Assembly: GCF_001194135.2 (NCBI RefSeq)
Contig: NC_068984.1
Location: forward strand, 76,200,620 to 76,264,619
Direction: 5' to 3'
Source of the DNA: Octopus bimaculoides
Taxonomy: Eukaryota
Length of the DNA stretch: 64,000 nt
Part shown: positions 63,179 to 64,000 of the stretch, one piece after another
How positions within the stretch are numbered: the first letter of the stretch is position 1
How the letters are laid out: the number at the start of each line of letters is the position of its first letter
Program-made: the position numbers and the translations under genes
Notes under the pieces: model-generated
What the model saw: the letters and a program-made list of their open reading frames with translations, nothing else
The model's database searches: none
What the model was told of the DNA's origin: nothing

Positions 63179-64000
63179 TCAAATGCATGACTTTGTTTAT
63201 CCTCTGATCAGCCCTGATCAAGCAGACCTACTCTCAAAGGCATCACCATTCCATATCTATTACTGCATTTAAAATGTGTGCTTTTTTTGTTTTAATCAGC
63301 ATGCAATTTATCAAGGCTAAATTATGTGTTGATTTGAAGGCATGCTTTTCAATTTATCCAAAAGAAACTATAAAAAAAAAGCAGCATCCCTGGGTAATGC
63401 AGTATATATTAACTAACACTCTAACAGTAAAATGTGATCCGAGGAAAATTTGGCTACTATTTCTAGCAGGCAAAGTGACCACTGAAAGATTTACTTGTTG
63501 GCTCATTATGATATTTTTATGTGACCTCATGTCAGCTCTCATCAAATTGATCCATTGGACACAGATTGTGGAGTGGCATTTCAGTTGTGATGGCCATCAT
63601 GTTTTTTTTCTATTTTTCCTATTATATTTTATAACTGAAGTAGTGAATTAATAGACTGGTGGGAAAAATAAAATGTCTTACAGTATTTTGTTGTCCTTGC
63701 TACATTTTGGTTTCAAATCTTACTGAGGTCAACTTTGCTTTTTCATCATTCTGGTATTGGACAAAATGAAGTACTATTAAGAACTGTTTTCAATTTAATT
63801 GACTATGTCAGTCTTTCCAAGTTGTTTGCTACTTTGTGCCTATGTTAGAAACTATTTTTAATGTTGTTGTGTGACCCCCCCACTCCCCGTCCTACCACAG
63901 GTCAGGCCTGATCCAGCAGAGCAATGGCACATAGGTAGTCAGAGAGATGCTCCTTCTATGACCTTTCTTTCTTCTGTTCTGTTTTATCTAAGACTAGCTT

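Overview
AT-rich, microsatellite-rich eukaryotic draft-assembly DNA with 11 N-gaps. The SINE and RTE-tail families look like those of a coleoid cephalopod, most likely Octopus; this is recognition from memory, not a database search. Most of the window is intronic or intergenic sequence filled with decayed mobile elements: a full-length dead mariner with TIRs and TA TSD, a Gypsy integrase remnant, RTE- and CR1-type LINE fragments, the 3' end of a Penelope-like element, hAT-, piggyBac- and pogo-type MITEs, and several modular tRNA-derived SINE families. One host gene is supported by a coding exon at 30748-30905 (+) and a probable second exon at 30992-31046, but I could not identify the protein. 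Most ORFs in the supplied track are artefacts of microsatellites or N-gaps. There is no CRISPR array, rRNA or intact tRNA gene. The most interesting signals are three type I hammerhead-ribozyme-like folds on the minus strand: 2466-2538 (the best one), 25043-25082, and 36966-37010, which sits in a GIY-YIG / tRNA-like / (TAA)n / hammerhead module. Also notable are a short unclassified inverted-repeat element carrying a tRNA-like half (52085-52277) and a SINE cluster that can fold into long dsRNA (38828-40157). All alignments, folds and translations were done by eye.
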